Below the pieces are notes generated by a model. That model ran no database searches. It had not been told where the DNA came from and worked only from the letters and a program-made list of their open reading frames with translations. From a virus (Duplodnaviria; Caudoviricetes), in IMG/VR virus record IMGVR_UViG_3300049573_000219, positions 32,001 to 96,000 of that record: 64,000 nucleotides of DNA. The stretch is one strand, 5' to 3'. Positions 27,910-36,944 of this stretch are shown here, piece by piece (the first letter of the stretch is position 1; every line of letters begins with the position of its first letter). Position numbers and translations under genes: made by a program.

Positions 27910-28389
27910 TCAGACCGCTTCGCGCATCCGGAACTTGTTGTCCCGGGTGTACGGTTCGCCGGGCTCCAGAATCCACAGGGCCTGGATGAACACCCGGCCG
28001 CCGTTGTAGAGGTCCAGCCGGAGCCCGTACCGGATTCCCCGCTTCTCGCCGTCGCTGTACCGGCTGATCTCCCGGATGTGCTTCCCGGCTTCCGAGCGGC
28101 CGATCCAGTTCGCCACGGATGCCTCGACATCCCGGCAGACCAGCCGGTCCTCCTCGATCTCCACGGCCTCCGGGTAGGGGGCCGGGGGCCCGTCGCCGGT
28201 CGCTCCGCCCTCCTCCTGGAGCGCCACCTGGAAGGCCATGCGGGCGCCATGGGCGGACGTGACGACGAAGCCGTACTCCAGGCCGGAGCCGGGCCCTGCG
28301 GGCTCCCCCTTGTCGTTGAGGACGGGCCCCACCGTCACCCCGGGGATCTCCAACCCCCGGAGAAGATCCGGGAATTCACTGGCCTTCAC
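27910..28389 (-). CDS. Hypothetical protein
   Basis: First gene after a promoter. Confidence 0.7.
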   Translation of the reverse strand: MKASEFPDLLRGLEIPGVTVGPVLNDKGEPAGPGSGLEYGFVVTSAHGARMAFQVALQEEGGATGDGPPAPYPEAVEIEEDRLVCRDVEASVANWIGRSEAGKHIREISRYSDGEKRGIRYGLRLDLYNGGRVFIQALWILEPGEPYTRDNKFRMREAV

Positions 28390-28405
28390 GCCTTCATCCT
28401 TTCCT

Positions 28406-28456
28406 TGACCTAGGCCATCGTACAGCGAAGGGGCCCGCCGTCAAGCGAGCCCCTTC
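28406..28456 (-). promoter_or_regulatory. Promoter TTGACG-N16-TACGAT, -35 in a hairpin loop, followed by operator TGGCCTAGGTCA
   Basis: Read directly from sequence. Confidence 0.65.
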
Positions 28457-28459
28457 GGT

Positions 28460-28849
28460 TCAGACCAGGCGCGGCCGGTTCAGTGCGCGCTCCCCCGTGT
28501 CGGAGAGAATCAGGCTCTCCTCGCCGTCCACCCACGGGATGCGCTCCAGGCCGCCGGTCTCCCGGATCAGCCACTCCTCGTCCGGCCGTTCCAGCAGAGC
28601 CGGAACCGGGTCGGCTGCCTTGCGCAGCCAGACCCGGAAGTAGCCGGTCTCGTCCCACACCGGCCACGCCTTCACCGGGCGCTCCGTGTGGCGCACCTTC
28701 CCGTCCCTCACCCAGAAGGCGAGAGATGTCCCGCTCTGCACCCGCTGCTTGAGGATGTTCCCGGCGACCTCCCGGGACGGGAACACCTCCATGTCCAGAT
28801 CGGCGACCGGGCGCCGGGCGGACGGGACGTACAGTGCGTAGACGGCCAA
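28460..28849 (-). CDS. Hypothetical protein
   Basis: AGGAGG SD before TTG. Confidence 0.65.
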   Translation of the reverse strand: MAVYALYVPSARRPVADLDMEVFPSREVAGNILKQRVQSGTSLAFWVRDGKVRHTERPVKAWPVWDETGYFRVWLRKAADPVPALLERPDEEWLIRETGGLERIPWVDGEESLILSDTGERALNRPRLV

Positions 28850-28900
28850 CTGTCAGACCTCCTGAGTTCTGTTGTCGAAGTTGATGCTGCTGTTCACGGG

Positions 28901-29215
28901 TCAGCACTCTCCCGGGTGGTTCAGGTGACGGCCGCAGCGGGCGCCGTCCCGGGTGAGGTCGCCGCACGTCCTGCTCGGGTCCGGCCTGGGTGAGGAGTGC
29001 CACGCGGTGAGCACCAGGCCGTTGTTCAGGATGATCGACCGGCTTTCCCACTTGCGGGAGTCGCCGATCCCCTTCCAGATCTCCAACGCCTTGTCCCGCG
29101 CGTCGTCCGTTGCCATCCCGTCCATGATCAGGGCGGCCGTCAGGGCGGCGATGACCTCGCCGCCCGTGTACACCGTGACCTGCTCGGCGTGCCCGATTCG
29201 GTAGTCCCAGCTCAC
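28901..29215 (-). CDS. Hypothetical protein (shares a repeat domain with 29212-29691)
   Basis: GTGA coupling. Confidence 0.65.
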   Translation of the reverse strand: MSWDYRIGHAEQVTVYTGGEVIAALTAALIMDGMATDDARDKALEIWKGIGDSRKWESRSIILNNGLVLTAWHSSPRPDPSRTCGDLTRDGARCGRHLNHPGEC

Positions 29216-29691
29216 TTCTCGTCCTCCCACCAGACGCGGAGGTCGCTGCCGTCCTTCAGCTCCGTGACGACCCGGTCCGGGTAACTCCCGCCCTCCGACA
29301 GGCAGTGCGCCACACCCTCAGCCAGCGCAGCCGCCCGCTCCAGGCCGATCCCCTCGCTGCCGACCAGGATCCCCATCAGGAAGGAGACCAGCGCCGCCTC
29401 GGCGGTCGAACGGAAGGCGGGACCGAGGTCCCCGGCCTTCACGTAGTAGACCCGGCCCGGAACGTTCCGGCCACGCTCCCGCCAGACCATCAGCTCGCCG
29501 ACCTTGGCCAGTTTCACGCCCTGCGTCTCGTTGTCGGGGATCATGTCGGCCCCGCGCATCACCTCGTCGGCCTTCTCCCGCGCCGGACCGTCGAACCCGG
29601 CGGCGAGCAGCGCACCGACGACGATCGACCTGACTTCTTCCCGGCTCCCGGCCAGCACCTGGCCGTAGTTCACCGTGACTCCGTACCTCAT
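29212..29691 (-). CDS. Hypothetical protein with two internal repeats
   Basis: ACGGAGGAG SD; MRYGVTVN... Confidence 0.7.
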   Translation of the reverse strand: MRYGVTVNYGQVLAGSREEVRSIVVGALLAAGFDGPAREKADEVMRGADMIPDNETQGVKLAKVGELMVWRERGRNVPGRVYYVKAGDLGPAFRSTAEAALVSFLMGILVGSEGIGLERAAALAEGVAHCLSEGGSYPDRVVTELKDGSDLRVWWEDEK

Positions 29692-29765
29692 GGTTCTTCT
29701 CCTCCGTTCCGATGGTCCACCGAGGGGCACGGACCGCAGCCCGTGCTCCCCGGAAGCCGACCGGC

Positions 29766-30095
29766 TCAGATCTTGCAGGTGAAGACGACCCCGGAGTTCA
29801 GGACCGTCGGGCGCAGGGCCTCGACCTCCATCTCCGGGCCGTCCTTCCCGTCCACGATGTTCAGGGTGCAGCGGATCATCTCCGTGCCCCCGGCGGGCAG
29901 GATGTACAGGTCGGTCACGACCGACTCCCGCAGCGTGACCCCGTCCTCCCGGATCAGCCGGGCCCACTCCTTCACCGTCTCCAGCGAGGCGATGCCGTGG
30001 TATCCGCCCTTCTGGGCGAAGTGGAAGACCGGCTCCAGCGGGTTCGGGTTCTGGAAGTGCAGCCCGTTCCCGCAGGTGTTCATCGGGATCATCAC
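29766..30095 (-). CDS. Hypothetical protein
   Basis: Operon position. Confidence 0.6.
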   Translation of the reverse strand: MMIPMNTCGNGLHFQNPNPLEPVFHFAQKGGYHGIASLETVKEWARLIREDGVTLRESVVTDLYILPAGGTEMIRCTLNIVDGKDGPEMEVEALRPTVLNSGVVFTCKI

Positions 30096-30103
30096 ACCGG
30101 CCA

Positions 30104-30388
30104 CTACTTGCTCCTTCCCGGGTGGGACTCGCGCGTCTCCGGCTTGCCCCAGTTGTCCAGCAGCCACGTGAACAGGTCCCGCAGCTCCGTCATCTGCTCC
30201 CGGCTCAGCGGGAGGTCCAGCGAGCCGCCCTCCAGCTCGCGCGGGGGCGGCTGCATGCGCGGGTCGGTGAAGTTGAGGGTGTCCAGCCCCTCCGACCGCC
30301 ACAGGTCGAAGTAGTAGGCCCGGTACTTGTCCCACCCGATGTACGTCCAGACCGGGTCGAGCGCCCCGGGCTCCGGCCTCCCGCTCAC
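30104..30388 (-). CDS. Hypothetical protein
   Basis: GTGA coupling. Confidence 0.6.
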   Translation of the reverse strand: MSGRPEPGALDPVWTYIGWDKYRAYYFDLWRSEGLDTLNFTDPRMQPPPRELEGGSLDLPLSREQMTELRDLFTWLLDNWGKPETRESHPGRSK

Positions 30389-30714
30389 TCGTCCACCCCA
30401 CCGATCCGGTGCACGACCCGGTTGCGGACCAGGATCTCCGCGCCGCCGCCGGTCCCGGGCAGCCTGCGCACCGAGCACTTCTGCGGGTAGGGGAGGGCGG
30501 GCGTCTTGATCAGCAGCTCGTCCCACGCCTCCTCGATCGTCAGGTCCCCCTGCTCGATGTCGTACAGGGTGGAGCCGACGTAGTCCGGGTGCGCGAGGGC
30601 CGTCGCCTCCTCCTTCACGATGACGAAGACGACCGGCACCTCCTCCGGGCTGGCCCAGATGACCGAGTGGGACCGGATCTCGCCGTCCCGCTCCAGGATG
30701 CGGATTCCCGCCAT
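30385..30714 (-). CDS. Hypothetical protein
   Basis: AAGGAG SD; MAGIRIL... Confidence 0.65.
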   Translation of the reverse strand: MAGIRILERDGEIRSHSVIWASPEEVPVVFVIVKEEATALAHPDYVGSTLYDIEQGDLTIEEAWDELLIKTPALPYPQKCSVRRLPGTGGGAEILVRNRVVHRIGGVDE

Positions 30715-30716
30715 GC

Positions 30717-31037
30717 TCAGCTCCTTCCCGGCCGGATGGCCAGCTTGTCGTGCTCGGCGAACGCGGCCTCGGCCTCGCTCAGGAACATGTCCCGTCGGCT
30801 CTCGATGCGCAGCCACCGGCCGTCCAGCGACGTGGCCCGCATCAGGTGGAAGCTGTAGGCGCCGGGGTCGCCGTTGCGCTCGGGGGTCGTGTCGTACGTG
30901 ATCACGCAGCAGTAGTAGCCCGGCGCCTTCGCCTGGACCAGGTCCGGCTGCCACCCCAGGAAGCTGCCCTTGATCACCGGCAGCTTCTCGACCCGGGTCG
31001 GCGTCTCCTTGACCCGCAGCTTCGTCTCGTTGTCCAT
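30717..31037 (-). CDS. Hypothetical protein
   Basis: Operon position. Confidence 0.65.
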   Translation of the reverse strand: MDNETKLRVKETPTRVEKLPVIKGSFLGWQPDLVQAKAPGYYCCVITYDTTPERNGDPGAYSFHLMRATSLDGRWLRIESRRDMFLSEAEAAFAEHDKLAIRPGRS

Positions 31038-31040
31038 GCC

Positions 31041-31385
31041 CTACTTCCCGTCCCATCCGAAGGTGATCGCCGACCAGTCCGGACCGGCGAAGTGGAAGCT
31101 GCCGGTCTTCAGCTCGTCGTTCTCCCAGGCCGCCTGGATCCACTCCTTGACGGCCAGCTTCAGGTTCTCCCGGCACTTCTGCGGCTGCTCGTCGCAGTCG
31201 TGCTCGGGGTCCAGCACGCAGTGGCCCTCTTCGAACCCCTCCATGCCGCTCGGCGTGCGGCCGGTGCGGTCCATCTCGGACTCGACCGCCTCCCAGATGC
31301 CCTCCCATGAGGTCGCGTTGACCTCGAAGGAGTCCTCCAGGTTGTTGCCCTGTCCGTAGATCTCCGTCTTGACCAGGTGCCCCAT
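31041..31385 (-). CDS. Acidic hypothetical protein
   Basis: Operon position. Confidence 0.65.
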   Translation of the reverse strand: MGHLVKTEIYGQGNNLEDSFEVNATSWEGIWEAVESEMDRTGRTPSGMEGFEEGHCVLDPEHDCDEQPQKCRENLKLAVKEWIQAAWENDELKTGSFHFAGPDWSAITFGWDGK

Positions 31386-31388
31386 GTC

Positions 31389-31607
31389 TCAGCGCCCCTT
31401 CCGCAGGGTCGTCATGTGGATCTGGACCAGGTTGCCGAAGCTCCGGTGGTTCGGAACCCAGAGCCACGCCACCGAGTCGACCCGGTACCGGGCGCCGTTG
31501 GCGGAGAACACCTCGTCACCCTCCCGGGGGACCCGGCTCGGTTCGATGTACGTCTTGACCGGCTCGCCGTCGAAGAAGACGTCGGCCAGCATCTCGCTCG
31601 GCTTCAC
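31389..31607 (-). CDS. Small hypothetical protein (paralog of 31604-31813)
   Basis: GGAGG SD; GTGA coupling. Confidence 0.6.
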   Translation of the reverse strand: MKPSEMLADVFFDGEPVKTYIEPSRVPREGDEVFSANGARYRVDSVAWLWVPNHRSFGNLVQIHMTTLRKGR

Positions 31608-31813
31608 TCCGCCTCCTCCAGGTACAGGAACACCGTGTCGCTCAGCGTGATCCCGTCCGTGTCCTGGCCGATGTGGTCCACCTTCCAGGTTCCGAACCGG
31701 GGCCCCGGCGTGTTGATCGTCGAACCGATCTGCGGGACCCGACTGGCGGAGATCCGCAGTTCCGCACGAGGCAGCTTCCCCTGTGCCGGAAAGCACAGCA
31801 CGAGCGTGAGCAT
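31604..31813 (-). CDS. Small hypothetical protein
   Basis: Strong SD. Confidence 0.6.
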   Translation of the reverse strand: MLTLVLCFPAQGKLPRAELRISASRVPQIGSTINTPGPRFGTWKVDHIGQDTDGITLSDTVFLYLEEAE

Positions 31814-31888
31814 CCTCTTCTCCCTTCCTTTTCCACCGGGCTGATCCGGACTCCACGGGGCCCCCGGCGGAGGCCCCGCAGGGCTCGT

Positions 31889-32302
31889 TCAGAACGGTGC
31901 CGACATGGACTGCACGGAGAACGCGCTGTCCCGTTCCGTCTCGACGTTCACGCCGAAGCCGCGCAGCGCACGGACCGAGTCGAGCGCCAGATCCTTCGCC
32001 TGCGCGTCGGTCACGTCCTCCCGGTCGATCCGGCCCTGCGGGAGGTCACCCCAGTCGACGCCGCGCAGGAAGCGCTCGGCGCTGACCAGGTCGGTGAGGT
32101 CCCGGTCGACCGGGACGACCCGCAGGATCACGAACTGCCAGTCACCGCCGTCGAAGGCCCGGATGTCCTCCTCGCTGTACCCCTCCAGCAGCAGCGGGCT
32201 GGCCGCCCCGTCCCGCTTCAGCTCCACCTTGAAGTCCACGTTCCGCACGCCCCACCGGGCGCCCGGAACCGTCCACCAGTCCAGCAGGTCCGTCGTCATC
32301 AC
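31889..32302 (-). CDS. Hypothetical protein
   Basis: GACGGAAGGG SD. Confidence 0.7.
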   Translation of the reverse strand: MMTTDLLDWWTVPGARWGVRNVDFKVELKRDGAASPLLLEGYSEEDIRAFDGGDWQFVILRVVPVDRDLTDLVSAERFLRGVDWGDLPQGRIDREDVTDAQAKDLALDSVRALRGFGVNVETERDSAFSVQSMSAPF

Positions 32303-32381
32303 GCTTTTCCCTTCCGTCCGGCCGGTTCTGACACCGACTCCCCGGCTGCCGGACCAGTGGCCCGGCCGCCGGAAGGCTGGA

Positions 32382-32846
32382 TCAGCTCCCGAAGATGAAC
32401 GTCCCCGGCTCCCCGGCGGGAACCGGCATCACCACGAAGTGCAGGCCGGTCGTCGGGGTCATGTCGTCGTCGGCGTACGAGCCCCAGTCGAAGCGCTCGA
32501 CGCCGCCCGCCCGGTCGAGCGCGTCGTACAGGCGCCCCAGCTCACCGTTGCGGCCGGACTTCAGGTCGTCCTCGGCGTACTCCTTCAGCGCCTCGCCGAC
32601 GGTGGCCCCGGAGCCCAGGTAGCTCTCCTCCAGGAAGTCCATGATCTGGTCGGCCGGGATGTCCTCGAACTCGTCCGGCTTGCTCTCGATCAGGGTCGCA
32701 GCGGCGAGCACCACCCACTTGCCGTAGCGCTGAATCGCCTCGACGACGTGCCCGGCGGCCTGTCCCGAGCTGTACCGCTTCGCCTCGTGGTCCGTCACCA
32801 CGCCTGCGGCGATGTCCTTGAAGTTCTCCATCGGTGTCCCTCTCAC
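32382..32846 (-). CDS. ArdA-like antirestriction (acidic DNA-mimic) protein
   Basis: FLEESYLG...EYAED...FDWGSYADD resembles the ArdA C-terminal domains; very acidic. Confidence 0.5.
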   Translation of the reverse strand: MRGTPMENFKDIAAGVVTDHEAKRYSSGQAAGHVVEAIQRYGKWVVLAAATLIESKPDEFEDIPADQIMDFLEESYLGSGATVGEALKEYAEDDLKSGRNGELGRLYDALDRAGGVERFDWGSYADDDMTPTTGLHFVVMPVPAGEPGTFIFGS

Positions 32847-33118
32847 TCTCCGTTGAGCCCGGCGATGCGGGCCTGTTCCTGCATGTCCCGGAAGACCTCG
32901 TCGGCCTCCAGGCTGTTGTGCCGCAGCTTCATCTCCTCGACGGAGTCCCGCAGCACGGCCGCCTTCACGGCCCCGGGGACCGGAAGGTCCAGCTCCCGGG
33001 CGTGCAGCCGCAGGATTTCGGCGGCCGTCGCTTCGACGTCGGCCAGCTTCCCGCCGTTCTGCATGTATGCGAGGACGTTGACCGCGTAGCCGATCGCGCT
33101 CTCCCGGCCGTCCGCCAT
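32843..33118 (-). CDS. Hypothetical protein
   Basis: TGATG coupling; MADGRES... Confidence 0.65.
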   Translation of the reverse strand: MADGRESAIGYAVNVLAYMQNGGKLADVEATAAEILRLHARELDLPVPGAVKAAVLRDSVEEMKLRHNSLEADEVFRDMQEQARIAGLNGE

Positions 33119-33486
33119 CAGACCTTCGCCCCCTCGGCCCGCCGGTCGACCGAGGCCCAGTAGGCGGCGATCTCCGTCTTCATGCTCCGGTCGAAGTCCA
33201 CCTTGCTGCGCTTGCTCCAGTTCGACCGGGCGCCGGGCATCAGCTCCAGCCAGTCCTCCCGGTGGAAGATCCGGGGCGTGCCGTCGCCGTTGCGCCACAC
33301 GGTGCTCACGTACGCCTGCATGAGGTCGGCCCGGCGCACCCATTCGTCGAGCGTGTCCCGGTTGAGGTTCGGGATGCCGATCCCCATCTCGCTCAGCACC
33401 TCGAACGCGCACTGCACGGGACTCAGCTTCTCGATGCCGGTCTTCGGGGTGCCGTCCGGGTTCAGGAAGGTGTAGCGAACGGTCAT
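33118..33486 (-). CDS. Hypothetical protein
   Basis: GGAG SD. Confidence 0.7.
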   Translation of the reverse strand: MTVRYTFLNPDGTPKTGIEKLSPVQCAFEVLSEMGIGIPNLNRDTLDEWVRRADLMQAYVSTVWRNGDGTPRIFHREDWLELMPGARSNWSKRSKVDFDRSMKTEIAAYWASVDRRAEGAKV

Positions 33487-33578
33487 GCGGTCTTCTCCAA
33501 TCCGTTGCTGACGGAATCGTCAGGGCGGTCCCGTGCCGCCAACCGGGAGCCCTTCCCAGGGGCCCGGTTTCATCCGTG

Positions 33579-33887
33579 TCAGACGGTCCAGTCCAGGCCC
33601 TCGAAGAGGGCGGTGATGGCGTCCTGGGCGTGCTCGGGGACGTGCGTGTCACCGAACACCGGGTAGTCCACGACCGGGATCACGGCGAGGATCCGAGAGG
33701 CGTCGTCCCGGGCCGTGACGAAGGCCCGGCGGCGGCCGTTCAGCTCCTCGTGCGCCGCCTTGACCGCCCGCTCCAGGGCGTGCGGGCCGGAGTACGGCGC
33801 CGACGTCCCGTAGGTGGACTCGGGGAGCGGGTCGACGACCGTGGAGTGGACGATGTAGTGCGTGGTCTTCGGGGTCAGCTCAGACAT
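33579..33887 (-). CDS. Hypothetical protein
   Basis: Coupled ORF. Confidence 0.65.
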   Translation of the reverse strand: MSELTPKTTHYIVHSTVVDPLPESTYGTSAPYSGPHALERAVKAAHEELNGRRRAFVTARDDASRILAVIPVVDYPVFGDTHVPEHAQDAITALFEGLDWTV

Positions 33888-34248
33888 CCGTGTCCTCGGC
33901 TTCCTGGTGGTCGTGCGGGTAGTCCGTCGGAAGCGGGGCGTCGTTGGCGATCAGCTTCGGCGGGTGGACGTAGGACAGGCGGGCGCTGTCGTCGTAGTAC
34001 GACTCGACCCGCATCGCCCGGTCGTACTCGTCCGGACGCTCCGGGTGGTTGGGCTTGTCCAGCTCCAGGTCGGCGTCCGTGACGCCCATCGCGCGCCGGA
34101 GGTCGGCGTTGTAGGCGTTGCGGTACTCGACCGCCCGGCCGTGCCCGATCTCGTCGTTCGGGAACCGGTAGACCGTGTGCTCCATGTCGTAGGCACCGGC
34201 CACGACCTCGACGAACTCGGCGGTACGGCGGTACTCGTCCATCTCCAT
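33880..34248 (-). CDS. Acidic hypothetical protein
   Basis: GGAGGAG SD; MEMDEYRR... Confidence 0.7.
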   Translation of the reverse strand: MEMDEYRRTAEFVEVVAGAYDMEHTVYRFPNDEIGHGRAVEYRNAYNADLRRAMGVTDADLELDKPNHPERPDEYDRAMRVESYYDDSARLSYVHPPKLIANDAPLPTDYPHDHQEAEDTDV

Positions 34249-34290
34249 GACGTCTCTCCTCCCGAGCCCCAATCCCCTTGGGGCCCTCGA

Positions 34291-34319
34291 ATCTTACTGA
34301 CCTAGGCCAGCTTCGTCTA
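34291..34319 (-). promoter_or_regulatory. Promoter TAGACG-N17-TAAGAT with operator TGGCCTAGGTCA in the spacer
   Basis: Read directly from sequence. Confidence 0.6.
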
Positions 34320-34661
34320 CTTGCGTTCGGCGAACCTGGGGTTGGTTCCCAGCGGCGGGAGCGGCACGTGTGTCTCGCGTTCGACCTCACCGCTGACGAA
34401 CTCCCACGAATCCAGGAAGTTCGTCACCCATCCCTCGGTGCGCCCGGATTCCACCGCCATGCGGCGCACGGTCTCTCCGTCGGGAACGCCCCCCGGGAAC
34501 TCGTCCAGGACGGCGTCAAGCGTCCTGTCGAGCAGATCCAGTACGACATGAATCTCGTGGATCGTCATCCCGAAAAGCGGGGCCAGCCGCTGTTCGATGA
34601 TCTCCTGCCGGGTCCCGGCGACCGACTCGCCGGGACGGCAGGTGCAGCTCAGCTCAGCCAT
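34317..34661 (-). CDS. Hypothetical protein
   Basis: Coupled ORF. Confidence 0.6.
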   Translation of the reverse strand: MAELSCTCRPGESVAGTRQEIIEQRLAPLFGMTIHEIHVVLDLLDRTLDAVLDEFPGGVPDGETVRRMAVESGRTEGWVTNFLDSWEFVSGEVERETHVPLPPLGTNPRFAERK

Positions 34662-35172
34662 CCCGGCGCACCACCGTGCAGCCGCAAGGGGCGGCCGTGG
34701 GGTTCGGGCAGATCTGCCGGTCCCGCTCGGCGAGGCTCCAGAAACCGGCCGCCGACGTCCATCCCATCTCGTACACGCCGTACTTGCCGTCCACCCGGTA
34801 GCGGTTGTTCGGGTGGAAGTGACCGGCCGTGGCGTGCACGTAGATGTCCGAGTCGCCGTCCTTCCCCAGCAGGGCGTCCCGGATCAGATCCGGCTCGGCC
34901 TCGCTCAGCCACTCCAGCCGACCGGCGGGCGTCTTGCGTCCCTCGGTCAGCTCCTCGTACAGCTTCTGCACCCGGTCCTCGTTGCCGTGGACGTCGATCC
35001 AGGCCCGGATGCCCCGCTCCCGGTCCTCGGGGAAGACGAACGAGCTGATCATCTCCAGCAGTTCGTCGTCGCCGTACGCGAAGTCGTCCCCCTCGGCGAT
35101 CTCCCGGAGGAAGTCGGCCAGCTCGGGCTCTCCCCAGATCCAGTGGATGATCTTCATCGTGGTCGCGTGCAT
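34654..35172 (-). CDS. Acidic hypothetical protein
   Basis: GGAGAGGGAG SD. Confidence 0.7.
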   Translation of the reverse strand: MHATTMKIIHWIWGEPELADFLREIAEGDDFAYGDDELLEMISSFVFPEDRERGIRAWIDVHGNEDRVQKLYEELTEGRKTPAGRLEWLSEAEPDLIRDALLGKDGDSDIYVHATAGHFHPNNRYRVDGKYGVYEMGWTSAAGFWSLAERDRQICPNPTAAPCGCTVVRRDG

Positions 35173-35186
35173 CTTCTCCCTCTCCT

Positions 35187-36158
35187 TCAGCCGTTCCTGC
35201 GGCTCTTCTCGACTTCCTTGATGGCCTTGTCCCGAAGCGGCTTGATCGCCGCTTCGATCTGCTCGGCCGTCGGCTCGTCCCCGATCGCCAGGCCGTTCTC
35301 CTTCCAGGCCACAGCCCTGCCCAGGTGCTGGATGTTCCGCTCGTGGGAGCCGTCGCTGTCACCCCAGCAGTACGCGTACCAGCACTCCCGCTTCAGCTCG
35401 GACTTGGCCGTGCGCAGGGTCTTCACGACCGAGCCCCGCTGCCTCCCGTCCTTGCCCATCTCGTCCCGCAGGGGCGTCCCGTCGGGTTGCGTGATCGCGT
35501 TCAGCGCGGCCTTGGCCTTCTTCTCGGCCCGGCGCTTGGCCTCCGCCTCCCTGGCCTGTGCCCGCTCGATCTCCTCGGAGGTCAGCATCACCGACCGGGG
35601 GACCGTCACGTTCTCGCCCTTGTCCCGCCGGGCGACCGGTGCGTCCGGGTAGCAGATGGTGCAGGCCCGTTCCCCGGCAGCCTCGACGATCTCGGCCATG
35701 TCCTTGCCGGAGTAGTCGATCATCCAGGAGAACCGGGTCGGGAACTCTCCCCGGTTGCATGACGAGCAGTGCATCGAGCTGTGCACGTGCCCGTCGGTGA
35801 CCAGGTAGGCCCGGGACCATCCGCCCCGGCGACCGAACTCGTTCTCCAGCTTGGCCAGCACGGTGTTGTCCAGCTCGGCGACGGCGCCCTTCGCCCGGTT
35901 CACCGAGTCGAGCGCCTTGCGCCCCCGCTCGGTCCCGGCCGCCTTCTCCTGTACCTCGGCGTGGCCCATGCGCCACGTCTGCGTGCTGATCCGGCGGTCG
36001 CCGACGGCGTAGTGCACGTCGTTCCAGGCGGCGTACACGTTCATCAGCAGCTCGTACCGCCGGTCCCAGGCGGCGGCGAACAGCTCGTCCACCTGCGGCG
36101 GGGTCATGCCCCGGAGCTGCTGCGGGGTGGCCAACTCGGCGTCCTTGATCGTCTTCAT
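35187..36158 (-). CDS. Conserved actinophage protein with Zn-binding motif
   Basis: WSRAYLV..GHVHSSMHCSSC...ACTICYPDAPV. Confidence 0.8.
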   Translation of the reverse strand: MKTIKDAELATPQQLRGMTPPQVDELFAAAWDRRYELLMNVYAAWNDVHYAVGDRRISTQTWRMGHAEVQEKAAGTERGRKALDSVNRAKGAVAELDNTVLAKLENEFGRRGGWSRAYLVTDGHVHSSMHCSSCNRGEFPTRFSWMIDYSGKDMAEIVEAAGERACTICYPDAPVARRDKGENVTVPRSVMLTSEEIERAQAREAEAKRRAEKKAKAALNAITQPDGTPLRDEMGKDGRQRGSVVKTLRTAKSELKRECWYAYCWGDSDGSHERNIQHLGRAVAWKENGLAIGDEPTAEQIEAAIKPLRDKAIKEVEKSRRNG

Positions 36159-36233
36159 GCTTCCTTCTCCTTCCGTCCGATGTGCACTGGACGCCGGGAA
36201 CCCACAGACTCCCGGCGTCCCGAACGCACCGGC

Positions 36234-36674
36234 TCAGAACCTCTTGCCGTCCCAGTTGATGAACTTCTCCGGGTTGTAGGACCGGATCCAGGCGAGGGCC
36301 GCTGCCTCGGCCACGGCCACGCGCTGCTCGTCTGTCCCGGGCCCGATGTACGAGTCCAGCGACTCGTACTTGATCTCCGACCAGGTCGGATCCCACTCGT
36401 CGGCGTCCCCGGCGGCGTCGTCGTCGATCTCGAACCACACCTGCGACTCGATCCCGAGGTTGTCCAGGTTCGGGCCGTAGCCCATGTGGACCTCGATCGA
36501 TCCGACCTTCGCTTCGATCGGCCGCTCGGGGGCGTGGGCGTAGGCGTACACCGTGACCCGGGCGCCGGGACAGTCCGGGTTCACGAACCGGACGCTGGCC
36601 ACCTTCCCGATCTGCGTGTCTCCGCCCACGTCGCCGTCGTCGGACCAGACTTCACCGTGCTGCGTCCATGCCAT
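36234..36674 (-). CDS. Acidic hypothetical protein
   Basis: ACGGAGAAGGAG SD; MAWTQHG... Confidence 0.7.
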   Translation of the reverse strand: MAWTQHGEVWSDDGDVGGDTQIGKVASVRFVNPDCPGARVTVYAYAHAPERPIEAKVGSIEVHMGYGPNLDNLGIESQVWFEIDDDAAGDADEWDPTWSEIKYESLDSYIGPGTDEQRVAVAEAAALAWIRSYNPEKFINWDGKRF

Positions 36675-36700
36675 GTTCTTCTCCTTCTCCGTGGTTCGGG

Positions 36701-36907
36701 TCAGTCCTTGGGGTCGCGCGGGTGCGGGACCTTCGGGATCGCCGGGCCGTTGTCGTCCTCGCCACCGGCCGTCACGCCGGGCTGCGTCAGGCGGGACGAC
36801 GCCGGGCACGGGTTCGGGCACTGCGACGTGCACGAGTGATTCCACTCGGCGCGGATCGTGACCGGGCCGGTGATCTCCGGCTTCGGCTCCTTCGTCAGGG
36901 TGAGCAC
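36701..36907 (-). CDS. Small Pro/Cys-rich protein
   Basis: AGGAGGGGAG SD. Confidence 0.5.
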   Translation of the reverse strand: MLTLTKEPKPEITGPVTIRAEWNHSCTSQCPNPCPASSRLTQPGVTAGGEDDNGPAIPKVPHPRDPKD

Positions 36908-36944
36908 GTCGACTCCCCTCCTTCCTGGCGAGATCTCCCGCCGG

